Assembly (NCBI GenBank): GCA_003693705.1
Contig: RBZT01000861.1
Coordinates: 1 to 64,000, forward strand
Direction of reading: 5' to 3'
Origin: Polymyxa betae A26-41
Taxonomy: Eukaryota; Protista; Endomyxa: Phytomyxea
DNA: 64,000 bases
In this document: piece by piece, positions 39,192 through 53,306 of the stretch
Position numbering within the stretch: position 1 is the first letter of the stretch
How the letters are laid out: the number at the start of each line of letters is the position of its first letter
Notes under the pieces: generated by a model
Told to the model about the DNA's origin: nothing
Seen by the model: only the letters and a program-made list of their open reading frames with translations
The model's database searches: none
Made by a program: the position numbers and the translations under genes

Positions 39192-42100
39192 CTACTGGAT
39201 CGTGGTGATCTTTTCCCTCAATAAAGCCGGCAGCTTGGCAACGATCTGGTTCATCATCGGTGCGGGCAGCTGATGTAACAATGGGGCGATGCGCCGATCG
39301 AGCGCCTCGTTGGACAATTTTGTACGATACACGTCGACGAGGATCTGCACAAGATTACCAAGATTGCACATATCGTGCCCAAGAGCATGAACACTATTGC
39401 TAAGGGTATTGATCGGTTAAATGAGACGAGCATATAGCGCATCACCGACCTTTGAATGAGATCACAAAGAATGCTAGTACAGATAGCGCTCTCTTGGACA
39501 TCGTCTCTGAGTGGCAACATCGAGATCCATAGAGGAGTTAAGCGAGCACAGTCGACACGGTCAGCTTGATATCTGATGATACGGCCAAGAGCAGCAATCG
39601 CATTATCCGTCGCTTTTCGGCTGCCTACATAGGAAAATTGATGTTAGACCAGCAGAGAAAAGAACAAGCTGGAACCTGCTTGTTTGGATGCGGGATGTTG
39701 CATCATCTCAATTAAAGACTGAGACGTCGTCGCTGCATATGGTGCGAAATGAGCACCCGCACATTGAGCACAGACTGCAAAACCATACGCTACCGCCTAA
39801 AAACATCCCAATCAGCAAAGTGCATTGTTCGGAAAAACACGCAAATAAGCATCCCTTTTGGATTACGAATTGGCAATTATTGCAAGAGTAACTAAAAAAT
39901 CAACAGTACCTGGCGGATATCGGGTTCAGAATCATTCAGATAACGGCCAACGAGCGGCAATAGTGACGAAATGTAGGGTCCGGATTCCAAACCCATCGCC
40001 TATCCCGAGTCAGAGAGAGCAGGTTTAAATATAGGAACAGCGAACCTCGACAAAATCATCAAAGATAAAGATGGCGATCTTGCGCGGGATGAGGCCGGCG
40101 CTTGGGTCCAGCATCTGTGCCAGAACTGGAACAGTTTCGTTGAAGACCGGCATGAAGTGATTCTTCAGCGCCTTTATCATGGAACCGAAACATTCGGCCA
40201 GCATGTACTGCAGCTGCTCTTCAGCTTCTTTAGTGGCTGCATGAGCTTCCTCATCGTCGTCATCGTCGGCTTCATCATCTCCCGTATGACGATTAGCATG
40301 AGATCGTGCACGCTGCTCGGCTTGCTGCACCATCTTGATAATTTGGTCTTTGACATTCCGCACCAGATCCAGAGGAAACATTTCAACAGCTCTAGGGCCA
40401 CATTTATCGAAACTCAGCTGAATAGCATTGACGAAAATCGACAAGCAGTAGACGTCTTCGTCTTCAACGAGAACATCTAACAGGGACTTGACAGCAAGCG
40501 AAGCCAAACGTTTCGGTGCATCGGCGTCGCATAGACCGGCATTGTTGGCATCTAGGGCGCAAAACAGTAGATCGGGAAGGGCAGTTGCCGCACTCTGCTT
40601 GATGTTTTCTTCGAAATGAAATTTCAGAAGCGGTAAAAGAGTGTCAACAGTCTGGGGAAGATATCGTAAGAAATCCTTCTTCAGAACAGCAACAAAAGAC
40701 CCCAGTGCAGAGCAACCCAAAGATTTCTCTTCAATCTGATTCGTGCTGATCCCGTATTGCTCGTCGCCAATCTCAAAAATCTGCTGTTCACCGCGATCCT
40801 CTTCGTCGTCATCATCAACACGGCCCAGAACGCATTTCGTCTGGGCGCTTTTCAAAACCGTCGGTACGACCACATCGCAGTACAAAGCGAATCCGGGACC
40901 CAGCGCCGTACAGATCCTCGTCCAGGCCTGGATCATGTACGAATACGACGGGTCATCAGATGCAAACGCGCCGGCCTGGACGATCTTAATCGTGGCCTGC
41001 ATTACTTCATTGGCATCGGGAGCGAAACGTTCATGACCGACAGCCATTCCGATGAAGGTGACACATTCAAGGGCGCGACCGCGGAACATGGCGTCCTCCG
41101 GGCCGTTTGCATGACAGATCGCGTACTTGAGCAGCGGGACGAAATGGTCATAGAACTTGGCGAACGACGTGGAGATGCATTCGGCAATGGACGCGATGGC
41201 CGTCATTGCTTGCTCTTGAATAATGCGTTGTGGTCGCTGTAGCATATGATAGAGACTGGAGACCAGTGTATCGGCATATGTCTGTAAGATGGTACCCTGG
41301 CAATGCTCACTGAAATTAATGATGGCAGCAGCAGCATGCGATTGAACGCGCGGATGCCGTCCTTGATCCATTGCCGACAATAACGCCGGTAAGATGAGCC
41401 CGTGAAAATCGTTCTGGATATCTGGGCCGAAATCGGTACACATCTGTCCGATGCAGTTTATAGCCGCATACTGGACGTATGGAGAGGCATCATCGACGAC
41501 GTAGTTGACTACAATGCTCACCATTTCTGAGAGTCGTTTCACCGAAATGACTTCGCTCGCCTATCCAGATCGTAGTCAGCCAAAGATCGAAAAGAAGAGC
41601 ATAAAACAAACAGATAACAAAGCTATGTTTTCCTTCTTTTCCACAAAACTTGAGAAATATGCCTTAGAACAGATTAACGGCGAAACAAGCCCACCTGAGT
41701 GAGAGCCATCAGGCCAGCGAAACGCGATTTCCATGAGGCTTTATCAGAAAGCGCCTTGCCAACCAATGTCAAGATGATGGGCGTGATCTTCTTGCCGCCG
41801 ATATTCCGCGCAATACGATCAATAGCCGATTCCGCCTGCAATTCCAAAAGGTTAATTTGGAGCACCAAACATCTAACCGGAAAGTTACCGCGCCGAATCC
41901 AGCATCCTCACTGGCCTCCCATGGCTTAGCAGCATGATTCCAAGTGTCTTCTTCTTCATCGAAAGCCACCATCAGAGCCAGAGCCAGGGCAATACAAGAC
42001 TCAAGCAAGGCCGTACATTTTCTGCTCGCATTTGGTGCGCCTGCAGCCAAGTCATTTTTTAATTCCGAACAACCTGATGACCATTGACCTTCCACAAGCG

Positions 42101-43246
42101 TAGCAGCCAACTCCAGAAGTAGTTGTTGAACCTCGTCATCAACACTGTCCTTGTGGACAATAGCGTGTGATATCATATCGACCACTGCCTGGAAATCGGG
42201 CCGGAAGAAGGTCGCCGAGCGTGAGGCCATCTCGATGAGGGAGGACAAGACGCTTTGGGTGGCATCATCGCCGGTCAGAAGCAGATCGCGAGCCACTGTT
42301 AGCACTGGAGCACGAATGCCCTGAAAGACCTGAACCTGGGTCTCGTCCACATTCTTGAAAGTGGACGCCACTGCATTCAGAGCCGATGTTCGTACGCTGA
42401 TTGAAGAATCCGCCAAACCACGAGCGAAAAGCTGCACCAGAGCGCCTAGATTGTTGCTTTGGACATCGGGTAAAGCATCGCCGATTTTACCCAGAACGAC
42501 CAAGGCCGACTACCAAAGTACGCCCCGTTCAGAACGAGGACCAGTACGCAATGAAACGCTCACCTCTCGCAGAGCTTCAGAAGGCTGACGCGACATTTGT
42601 TCCAAGGAGGGTACCAGCTGGTCCCATTCACCGCGATATAGTGTGATTTGGGCCAGCTCGGCGACCGTGTCGCAGAGCAGCTTGCGGACGTTCGGCAGGG
42701 GTTCACGGGCCAGCGCCCCGAGCAGCTGCGTCTTTAGATCTGCCTGAAGACCCGCCGTCAACTTATTGAGGACCATTGGCTCGCCAATCGGCAGATTGCG
42801 CCTCAGCAGGACTGAACACAGCGCCCGGGCCTGTATCATGAAATCAGTAAATAGGGCATGGTTCAGATCTCAAAAGCTGACATTTCAGCAGTGCAATAAA
42901 CCAACTTGCATCAACATTGAAAGCGGCACCAAAATCCCATCCAAGCAAAAGCGACTTTTTTCTATCGTCAAAATAAACAACATGGAAAAACTGCTGGGAT
43001 TCAGAAAGAATAAGACACTGCGGCTAAATGCAGAGAAACAATACGACAAAGCAAGATCGCACCGACCTCCGGTGGTGTCGAATCCTGGGAAACGAGATGG
43101 ACCAAAGCTCTGATCATCATTTCCGGATTCAGGTCGATCTGGGCTCGGATTGTCTTCTCGGCCTCTTTCTGGACGGCACTGTTCGTGGACATGGCATTGG
43201 CCAGCAGTCCGAGGACAGTGTTCAGGGTCTCCTGCGAGTCAGCCAT
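39192..43246 (-). CDS. IPO5: Importin-5 / karyopherin beta-3 (Pse1/Kap121)
   Basis: HEAT repeats, CIGQMCTDFGP, HPRVQSHAAAAIINF, RGRALECVTFIGMAVG, YMIQAWTRIC and LLKFHFEE motifs. Confidence 0.94.
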
Positions 43247-44142
43247 GGTGCAAATGAGGTCGGAGCCCAGATGGCAGACGCCTTCCTGCACCTCCTATTC
43301 TGTTCCTCGAACCACGAACGCAACTTACGGACTCCGTCGATCTGGGTCTTTGTTCTTCGGCCGCAATTTCCACATTTTGCTCTTCGTTCTCTATTTCACT
43401 CATCTCGAAGCATTCTCATTGATATCATTTATCATGGGCCCAAGAGCAGGTTTCAGTTTTATAGATTCCGGTTTCAAACCCGCTATACAATGTGTGGTAG
43501 AATTTTGACATGTTCTGGAAACTTTGGGTCCCATGCCTATTGTTCTCTTGCGCAGGCCGTCAGCGAGAAGCATCTCATCCTTTATGAGCTCCGTCTAGTT
43601 TCATCGCAATCATTTTGTATGTCGCGACCATGCTCCCTAGACAATGCCACGAGAGAGAGAGCTGCCTTCTGTAAAGGATAGAATCCAAATAAACGTGACG
43701 TTACGTAAACTTTTCAGCATTACAGTCGAGCACTTGTAGACCTCCATTTTCAATATGAAGTGAGTCTATCAAGTGTAACGATACAGTGAGTAGTGGAACC
43801 ATATGACTCGCTTATATTCAGCTATCCTATCTACCATCACCCATTCTGTTGGCACTCGCAGAAGCAGCCAGGCCTTTGGTGAACTATTGATTGCCTCATG
43901 GGGCTTCGCTCCTCCTGAATTGCTAGGTGACAGTTTATCGCAGATCGAAAGACGATGAAACAAGTTTCAGTGGTTCACAATAACATGTTCGAGAGATCGA
44001 TCTGCCCGAAATGTACGAGCTTTTTCAGAACGTTAAGCGGCGACGACATTGCAGCAGTTGAATACATTACAACTGCTACTATACAATAATTACAGCGAAC
44101 ATAGAGGGTGAGCTACGCCTTCAATCCCAGAAAGTCAACAAT

Positions 44143-45294
44143 TCATCTTTCCGTTGTATTGAATGAACCCTGCAACGATTTTGCCATTTCCACGAATTCT
44201 TCAATCTGCTGGGATGAATTGACATGAACGACATCCTTCGGGAACCCATATGACATTATTGGCGTCGGAGTCATCGCCGGCTGTGACGTTCTCACTCGAA
44301 ATTCAGCCGCGATTCGTTGAATATCCGGGTCAAGTCGTTTCTCATAAAGCTCAGGCCAAGTAAACAGAAGCGAATCCGTAACAGGAGAAAACGGGTTGAA
44401 ATCCACAAGGAATACATTCTCGTCGACATCCAAGCAAACATCGAAAACGAAATCAGGGTCGGGAAAATTGTCAACGATCCGTCGATCGAAGAAATCCTGG
44501 ATACGATCACGAAGATCGTCGACAACGCCTGGCTTAACCAGATCCGGGTAGAAATTCGAATCGTCCCGTTGCGAGACGGCAGCTAGATGTCGATCTACGA
44601 CGAAGCAACGAAACTCACGAACCGGGGCAACATATGACCATTGCCGGAGACATAGCCTGTAGGAAACGTCCGGTTTTGCTTCGTCTTCATCGCATGCCTC
44701 AAATCTACATTGAATACATAAGAAAAATGCAAAACGTTCTGGTAAAACATAGTACGGTTGCACCAGGTCGTGCTGAACGAATTCGGAGGCTTTCAGAAGC
44801 AGGAGGACGTCGCTGGGGCTGACACACTTCAAGGTGCCGGTACAAGCAATCCAGGTGGCATCCTTCGGCGAGCTCCAATTTAGTTTTGGGAACACTTCAC
44901 CACCCAACTCTTGAATCAGATGACGAATCTGCTCGATCTCAGGGAATTCGGGCAACGGAGCAATGCTCTTTGAATCATCTTCGCTATCCGATTCGGTGTC
45001 GGTTATAGGGACGTCATGCTGTTCCAGGCCTTCATCAACGGATGCCAATGATAATTCTGAGTCGGATGAGCTGTCGTCGTAATATCGTTTTCGCTTCAGC
45101 TGTTGTAGTTCTGCGCCGGGCGGTAGAAAGAATCCGTCTTGGTTCAAGTAGGCGACAAATTCAGAAGACAGATCAATGAAACGACTCTTGATCGTCCAGC
45201 GTTTATGATCTGGATACCATAGATGAATTTGGCAGTTCATAACCTGCTGTGCGGATGGAACCGGGTCCTCATGAGATGTATCTCTTGACGTCAT
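44143..45294 (-). CDS. CDC123: Cell division cycle protein 123 (ATP-grasp eIF2 assembly factor)
   Basis: VFPKLNWSSPKDATW, LLLKASEF, EFRCFV, SQRD, DFNPF and SLLFTW motifs. One 51-nt intron at 44705-44755. Confidence 0.95.
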   Translation of the reverse strand: MTSRDTSHEDPVPSAQQVMNCQIHLWYPDHKRWTIKSRFIDLSSEFVAYLNQDGFFLPPGAELQQLKRKRYYDDSSSDSELSLASVDEGLEQHDVPITDTESDSEDDSKSIAPLPEFPEIEQIRHLIQELGGEVFPKLNWSSPKDATWIACTGTLKCVSPSDVLLLLKASEFVQHDLVQPYYVLPERFAFFLCIQCRFEACDEDEAKPDVSYRLCLRQWSYVAPVREFRCFVVDRHLAAVSQRDDSNFYPDLVKPGVVDDLRDRIQDFFDRRIVDNFPDPDFVFDVCLDVDENVFLVDFNPFSPVTDSLLFTWPELYEKRLDPDIQRIAAEFRVRTSQPAMTPTPIMSYGFPKDVVHVNSSQQIEEFVEMAKSLQGSFNTTER

Positions 45295-45523
45295 TGAAAC
45301 TCTGGCAGGATCTGACAATTGCAATTTTACTGCAAATATTTCACAGAACACAGGCGCAATTTTTCAAATGGCCGACTTTAATAACTGCGCAATAACATCT
45401 GCGCAATAACATTCTTGTAGTGAGATTCGAATTGGCTTGGTCTAGAGACTCGTCGGAATTTTAGCTTGCAATTGGCAGAGTTTATTTGCAACAGTTTTAA
45501 AATTACACTTAAATGGTTGAAAA

Positions 45524-46759
45524 CTACCCAGCAATTGTTGTGACTGGTTTCTGTTTACTTTGTTCGTGTGGCGGAAATGTTCCATAATGACTAACGTGCA
45601 AAAGCAGGGCTTTCTGTATATGTAGCCTATTATGAGTTTGATCGAATACTATGGACTCGTTGCCCTCAATATGGGCGGCTGCTACTTCACATGTTTGTCC
45701 GCTGCATGGAAGACAATGCAGGAACATTGCATTAGAGCCGGCACGTGACAGCATCGCTTCGGTCGTTTGGAGATTCATAACAGGCTCATTGAAATGACCA
45801 TCAGTACTCTCAGAGCTATCAAACGACATCCAGGCGTCAGTATATATAATATCGGCGTCTTCTACCGCTTTCAATGCATCGTCGACGATGTAGGCTTCAC
45901 CAGGTCCGCCATTCGAAAGCTCTGGAATCTCCTATATAGAGCAATAAGCACATTCGTTATCCACCATTGTAGTACCCGACCGTTTCCAAAGCGTCCAATA
46001 ACGTTTGCGGGACCGTCACATTCATGAGATTGGCGGCCGCCAATTTCATGCCCATCATGCTGGCAGCTCTCATTAGATCCAGTGCCAGTTTTCGACGAAG
46101 ATCCCCAAGATAAGCGATTTTCAGCGCCGACAAATCTCCTTTTCGTTCAAAAATAGTCATCAGATCAGTCAGAGCTGCAGCGAGTTTGTCAGAAAAATTT
46201 GATGAGAATACAACAACGAAAAGGGCTCACCTTGGCATGGATTGCCAACTGTATCTTCAGCATTGATAATAGGGACACGACTATGTTTTGATAATGCCTC
46301 CACGCCGATCTGGTTCTCCATCCCAGATACGATCATGTCTGCATACGTCCCGAAAACAATACCAGCTTCCGATAAGGTTCGAGTGTGCTTATCGTTTGGC
46401 AAATCCCAGGTCCGATATGTTGTTCCATTTCCTCCCAGTTGCACAAGCGCCACTTCAAAAGATAGCCTGGTTCGTATTGATGGGCGATCTAAGACAATGA
46501 CAGCAGTTCGGCGATTCAAAGCATCCGAATGCAGTGTCGGGTCCTTTTTCAGATCCAGAGCGCATTTCAAAATCGAATCGATTTCTTCCGCTTTCAGATC
46601 TGACAATTTGAATATGTGGCGAGGATGTCGAGGAGGCATCACTTTCTCAGGAGGAGGAGGATGGAAAATTTCAGTGGCGTGCGTCGTCGCCCAACGTGCT
46701 TGCTGGAAGCCGAGTTTGGCGCGCAGCGCCCTTACGTTAGATGAAATTCGAGGCAGCAT
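45524..46759 (-). CDS. Ornithine carbamoyltransferase-like protein, mitochondrial, with a divergent active site
   Basis: PSIRTRLSFE, VPIINA, NPCQ, KIAYLGD, ADIIYTDAW, FLHCLP and FDQTHNRLH motifs. Presequence-like N-terminus and two introns. Confidence 0.88.
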
Positions 46760-47418
46760 AAGTAAAGATTACAATATTTTGAGGCCGCTTTTAAAACTCA
46801 ATTAATGCGAGCAATCATGCATTCATCTAGTTAAGGATTCGTCCGAATCAGAGTTGTTCACACCTTTCTGCTCTGATTATTTCATCGAGGATGATTACAT
46901 TACGGTCAGGAATGCTGAAAGAAGTAAATACTGAAGATTTCGTGAACAGTATTAATACAGTTCTCCTTCCGAAATATGTATCCGTTTCCTTCAACTTCCA
47001 GCAGTTGCACGAAGCCACATAATCGTCTCCTGGACGTGGAGCTCTTCAGGAAAAAAATTTTTCATCCCGTATGAGAATTCAACTTCATGTATTCATCAGA
47101 GGCAAGCAAGCCTAGAGCTAGGCAAAGGCATCCGACGGCGGCTATGTCCTGAAGACTCCAGAACCATCGTCTGATGAGCCAAGCATTGCAAGTGATAGAC
47201 TCTTGCCTCATTATGAGTGAGAAAGAGCGACCCCAACATCTCCCAGTGACATTCACGTTACCGCTAATATGAGCAACAGTCGAAATGGAGCCACCCACAA
47301 TAAGCCATGAGCGTTGGTTGGGCTGCGTCGTCTGTGCTTCTGCAAAGTGGCACCCATTCGTATAATATTCCGCTTACGGGATTCCTCTTCAATATATTCA
47401 CTCTCTATCCTGGCGCCA

Positions 47419-48311
47419 ATGGTCGACGCCAAAGTACGGGGCGCCTTCATCCTGTTCGAGGGCATCGACCGATGCGGCAAAAGCACGCAGGCTCGTTGCT
47501 TGCTGGATGCGCTGAGGTCGCAAGGGCTCCAGGTCGAGATCATCAATTTCCCGAGTCCGTAGCGTTTTCCATGGCCAAATGAGGCTTGTTGTGAATTTAT
47601 TCTCGGTGTTCAGATAGGACTACACCGATCGGGAAAATCATCAACGAATACCTGATTGGAAACACGGATATCAACGGCCAAGTTGTCATTTGGAACTGTT
47701 AATGATGCATGCAATTTAGCTCAGCATTATAGGCGTTGCATCTGATGTTCTCTGCCAACCGTTGGGAGATGAAGTAAAGCGATTGGAAACTTGCATCCGC
47801 TCTTGATTCTGATGTTCTACTGCTCAGAGAGTACATTGAATCAAGATTGGCGTCTGGAACCAGTTTAATCGTCGATCGATATGTTTACTCTGGCATTGCC
47901 TTCTCTGTTGCCAAAGTGTTACATTTTGTATATTACAACTTTCCCTAAAACTCGTCTAGGGACTGGATATCGAGTGGTGTAAATCCTCAGATATTGGTTT
48001 GCCTAACCCTGACATTACTATCCTTCTGGATATGTCGATCGATGAAACGCAACGCCGAAGTGGTTATGGCCAAGAACGTTATGAGAATGAAGCGATGCAA
48101 ACCCAGGTCCGAAGAATTTTTCAGATGTTGCAGCGTCCTGAATGGAAGGTAGCGACATTTCCAAGACTGAACATCGCTGACAATATTCTCCTAGATCGTT
48201 AATGCGGCTAGGCCCATGGACGTTGTTCACAGAGAAATCAGGTCGTTCGTCATGTCTGATCTTGAACGTATCATGAAGAACCCAATTTCACACATTGCCG
48301 CTGAGATCTGA
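47419..48311 (+). CDS. DTYMK: Thymidylate kinase
   Basis: RGAFILFEGIDRCGKSTQ, FSANRWE, VDRYVYSG, GLPNPD and YGQERYE motifs. Confidence 0.96.
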
Positions 48312-48529
48312 TTGCCATTATCGGAGATTTGAGTATATATTGCAGTTCAAAATACAGGAATTTATTCATTGCCCTCTTTTTTCTCGTGTGAATTTGGAAA
48401 TTGATCAGTGTTGATTTTGTGATGCTTAAAGCAATCCTGTTCAGGGTTCCCGAATGGATCGCGATACTATAAAGCCTCTAGGTGTTGATGGTTCCGTAAA
48501 CAGACAATCATTCCGCATCTATTATAGAA

Positions 48530-50045
48530 ATGGCGGCTGATGGCGCTCCTCTACTACCCTGGGTTGAGAAATAGTGGGTTTCGTCTGGTCCTTTGCCATG
48601 ACTTTCTGAACCGTGCGCTGATAGCCGACCCAAGACGCTTGACGAAGTCGAACACCAGGAAGACGTTGTGAAATCCTTGAAACGCAGTCTCGAGACTCGT
48701 GAAGTACTCGATTTGGATATTTCGTCTCGTTTTCAAGGCTGAAGTATGGTTCAGCTTCCACATTTGCTGTTCTATGGGCCACCTGGAACTGGGAAAACGA
48801 GTACAATTTTAGCAGCAGCCAGACAACTTTATGGGTTCGTGTTGAGCCAAATGGTTCGATGTTTCAGAGTATTTACATGGATCTTCAGACCTACGCTGCT
48901 CAAATCTCGTGTAAAAGAGCTTAACGCCTCCGATGAACGTGGAATCGATGTTGTTCGCACGAAAATCAAAGAATTTGCCCAAGTCTCTGTCGGAAATGAA
49001 AGGACGCCGTATGGACTGTAATTTTCTAATCATCTTCAGTTCTAAGATGCGGTTTAGTGGATACCCATGCCCACCATACAAAATTATTATTCTGGATGAA
49101 TGCGATTCCATGGTGCGTGTTTAGCTGATTTTGCTGAGCGAATTGTTTGAATTGCATTGCAGACGCAAGACGCTCAATCCGCCCTTCGACGAATTATGGA
49201 GAACCATTCCAAAGTCACTCGATTCTGTCTAATTTGTAATGAGGTCTGCCACATTTGCTGTCGCTAAAGCTTTCAACGCAGGCAACTACGTAACTCGAAT
49301 TATTGAACCCATCGCTTCTCGATGCGCCAAATTCCGGTTTAAGCCGCTGATTCCTCGCTCAATTACAAGGAGGTGAGCGCCTTACAAGCAACAAGAGAGC
49401 TGGAGCTGAATGCGAGGTTTTAGGATTTCACTCATTTGCGAGTCAGAGCGTATTACCATTTCAGAGGATGCTGTTCAAATTCTGCAGAGTTTATCGTTCG
49501 GTGATATGCGAAACGTAAGATGCTGCTGCGATTTATTTCATTAAATTAAACCCATTTCTTAGGCCATTAATATGCTTCAAAGTGCCCAATTGCTTCACGA
49601 TCCAGAGGATCCGATCACTCCTGAGGTAGTCCTTATCCCTCTGTATACGATTTCGCTTAACTTGTTGAAAGACCATCATGGAGATCGCCGGCAACGTTCC
49701 AGAAGCTGTGGCATTATCGCTGCTTGAAGCGACTAATCGCAATGCTGGCATTCCCGTTATTGAAGCTGCCGTTCGCGATGTGGTGGCGAACGGCTATCCT
49801 GCTGGGAAGGTTCTAGAGCAGTTCCAGGTACGATCCTCATGGGCGCTTTTGTCGAGGGTATTAATATATTCGCTGTTCAGGTCGTGGTAGAAAACGACTC
49901 TACATTGACGGATGCATCCAAGTCTCTGATCTGTTTGAAAATTGGCGACATGGACCAGGCGCTCGCTGAAGGTGCAGATGAGTACCTGCAGCTGCTTTCA
50001 CTATTGACATACACCAGCAAGATACGAACAAATCAGCGCATTTGA
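48530..50045 (+). CDS. RFC4: Replication factor C small subunit (human RFC4 / yeast Rfc2 type)
   Basis: [49 protein letters not shown] and GADEYLQL motifs. Confidence 0.93.
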
Positions 50046-51006
50046 AAATGTCCAATACACGATTACGAATTCGCATCAATTGCAAACAAATTTGTTTGAG
50101 AGAAATCGCCTTTTACGTGGCAAATCTGCTCTCAAGTGATACGTTTCGAACGCATTATGTCAATAGCGTTCAACGTGCGCACGACGGGTTGAATGGTGCC
50201 GCTGGAATGATGGTAAGGACCATGCCAGAGCACAAGGCATTGGATTTGGCAGCTAAGCATGCCTGAGTCCTGAAGATACTCGAGAGAGAGTCACTGAAAA
50301 ATTCGTCCCCGTGCCAGTCTTCTGGGATGGTGCGACTTTCACTTAATCTGAATTAGAATTCATCACAATTTGTCCATTATATCTACTAATGATATCGTCT
50401 GTCGTTGATTCGTTGTAGCAGCATGCAAAACATGATTATGGCTCAGGCATTGATGGCTGATGAAGCGTTTCCATTGACTGTTTAACCAAACCTATTCCTG
50501 CATGAAGCAGGAGTTGCTGGAGACGTTCCGAAATGAGGAGACCGATGTATCAGATAAACATCAACCAATCTCAATTGTCGAAGATGCCCGGAGCAGATTT
50601 CGCTGATTTCAGGATTGCGTCCGTTTAGGAGCAGATAACCCAAACATGTATTAAGGCAGGAATATCACATAATTAAATGGGATTAGAAATACCTTGAAGC
50701 CATGAAATAGACTATTTGAGTTGTCCAGCGTCGAAGGACCTGGTTTGCCATCCGCAGCCGATCTAAAGATAACACCGAGCAACCAATAAGCAGATGCATA
50801 ATCATTCCATTTTGATCGCGCTGCGCTAACTTCAGCATTATCCGATTTTCAGTGAAATGACGCCAGGATCAATGGTTTAATCCAAGGCAAGAGAAATAGA
50901 CGACATGTCTATGCAGTATCTAATGAGACTGCAACAGCAAATCCACCACGTTGGTCCATACGATATCAAATCCCAGACTTAACAGAAGTCATGATAGTCT
51001 CAACAA

Positions 51007-52651
51007 TTAAAGTTCGGTTTTATCAGCTCTTCTAGTTAGCCCAGTATTGACGTCCGATGTCGGACGGCGATCTAAATCCTGTTTCAACATGAGCGCCGCA
51101 TTTCGACCGCTAATGGCTGAAATCTCAATGCATGACCCTCCCGATTCGATTGCATTCAAGTAATACAAACCATCGGACAATGAGAATTCGGGCATGTGCT
51201 GGCCAGCATGGTATTTCGGATACGCATCCCAAGCTGCTGTGGCCAAGACCTTGTAACCGGTTTTGAATAAAGATCGTAGAGCCGCATCTTCTAGCGCGTT
51301 TTCTGAAAACAACTTCACCACGTATCCGTCGTTTTCCAGGTTCATCAAGATGCTGAAAGCAGCGAAAGGCGCGGTCGAAGTGGTTCCAACAGTAGTCGGG
51401 AGCTCAGATATTGAATCTTTACCGAAATATTCTGAGATAGATTTAGTTAAATGTTCAACATTGGAATGCAGTATTGATAACCTGGCTGTATGTGGCCCTT
51501 CACGATCGTTGTGTGCAACTGTTGGTATTCTCTTTCTGGCGGAACGATAATATCGTCGCCTTCAAATTGAATTTTAGCATGTTCTAACGGAGTGGCAATG
51601 ACGATTTTATCAAACGTGTGGTAATTTCGATCTCCCTCAATCGTTAAGTTCCACTGAATTTGATCACTTTCTTGGTTGTAGAATTGGGAAATTTTCGTGA
51701 CTTTGTGTGATAAAAGAAGATTCGATCCACTTTCTTCTAACAGGCGCGAAACTAACTTTGAATTTCCTTCTTCAATCCGAAACACCTTAAAACGTTATCT
51801 CTTGAATTAGGAAAAGAAACTGTGCGATTTACCTCTTCTTTTCCGGAATACAAAGGCGCCAAGCCGATTTGACCAACCAGTGAATGCATAGTATTGGGCG
51901 ACTGAAGATAGTTGATATGCGTGATAGAAGAAAGAAATTCATCGATAAATCCAGAAGAAATAAACGGATAAACGGGAAAGAAGGATGACTGCAGCAAAGT
52001 TTCTTTTAAGGTTTGTTTTGTGTATGACAAAAGTGACAATGCATTCCATAATTCTGCAGACGTGCGAAATCCGACGCCTTTATCTTGGAAGCTGTAGATC
52101 TGATTAAAATCAGAAACTAAAGAAGTGATTTGGGGTGTCACAAGGAAATGTGCAAATCCATATTGGGCAACCATTTTAGACAAGGAAACCTATTTGCGAA
52201 CTAAGCAATTCATCACCAAATGGGCAACAGCAGTATTTACAAGAGTAGACGTTGAACTTTGGAATATGATATCGGTGCCATTGAAAACTGCATAAGAACC
52301 TCGAACAGATAATGGTGAAGTAACAGTTAGGTTCAGTTTTGTGGCAATATCGTGGAAGTAATGATTAGCTTTGACACCGATAGATCCGCCTAGTTCTAAA
52401 TTGGTATCATTGAAGACAAACGACTTCAATCGGCCTCCAACGACCTCATCTTAATCGCATTGAATAAATGAACTCTCGGAATAGCCATCAATACTTCTCT
52501 CGAAAACCGTGACTTTCGCGTCTGGGAATAGATTTCGGATGAAATACGAGGCTGATGCTCCTCCAATGCCAGCACCGACGATGGCAACATCTAAAGAAGC
52601 TACTACAGATATGACAAGAATGTAGATGGCGACTATCGATAGGCAAGACAT
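51007..52651 (-). CDS. PCYOX1: Prenylcysteine oxidase / farnesylcysteine lyase
   Basis: Signal peptide, VAIVGAGIGGASASYF, ELGGS, KIVIATPL, WDAYP and YYLNAIE...EISAISGRNAA motifs. C-terminal KTEL. Confidence 0.9.
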
Positions 52652-53306
52652 ATTGCAGAATGCAACATAATGAACGGGGCATTCCCCATCACCCCTTGTA
52701 TTTGATAGTCATGACAGCACCCCTAAACCCTAAAAACCAGTGCCCGTCGGAGCGTTTAAAAATGGAAAAGAAAACCGAAAGCGAGGAATTCTTATTTTAT
52801 TTTGAATGATCTCACATTGAAGGGAAATTATTATAAAAGAATGCCCTGAAACGGCATATCCAATCGACAATCGAAGGCATCCCTTTCGTCAGCAACATGT
52901 TGACTAAACCTGATGGCGTTGTTTCGGTTAAACCTCGGGCCGGTTGCGGCTCGTCATTGGAGCGCCGTAACTCGTTGGAGCTGGTTTAGTTCAGATCGAA
53001 TGAATTCCGAGAGCTCCGGGATCGCCTCCTGATCACACAGCATCCATCTTCATAGACCAGCCAAATCTCCAGTCGTCGTCGCTCACGCATCTGGCAGATA
53101 ACCCTTGACAGTCGTCAGCTCCAGTGCCAAAGAACCCTGGGAGCCACGAACCCTAGCCGCAGTCAACATCCAACAGTGCAGAAGTTTCTTAATCATAGTC
53201 AACTGATTTTGCCATTGCCGAAACCCTAATCGCAGTCGAGAGGTTTAACGTAAGCCAATCCAGTCGAGAGATTCACTCATTACTTCATTTCGATTTGTTA
53301 TCGAAT

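Noticed and set aside
44705-44755. In-frame, stop-free introns (Cdc123, last ABCE1 intron, first Qri7 intron, one importin-5 intron) suggesting regulated retention
   Set aside because: A few such cases are expected by chance among the many short introns here.
50107-50116. CGCCTTTTAC matching U5 snRNA loop I
   Set aside because: No flanking stem or Sm site is apparent, so this is a chance match.
50060-51000. About 0.9 kb of unassigned sequence with short open segments and splice-like signals (also 32780-33440, 43300-44140 and 46800-47400)
   Set aside because: No consistent gene model or RNA motif could be supported by eye.
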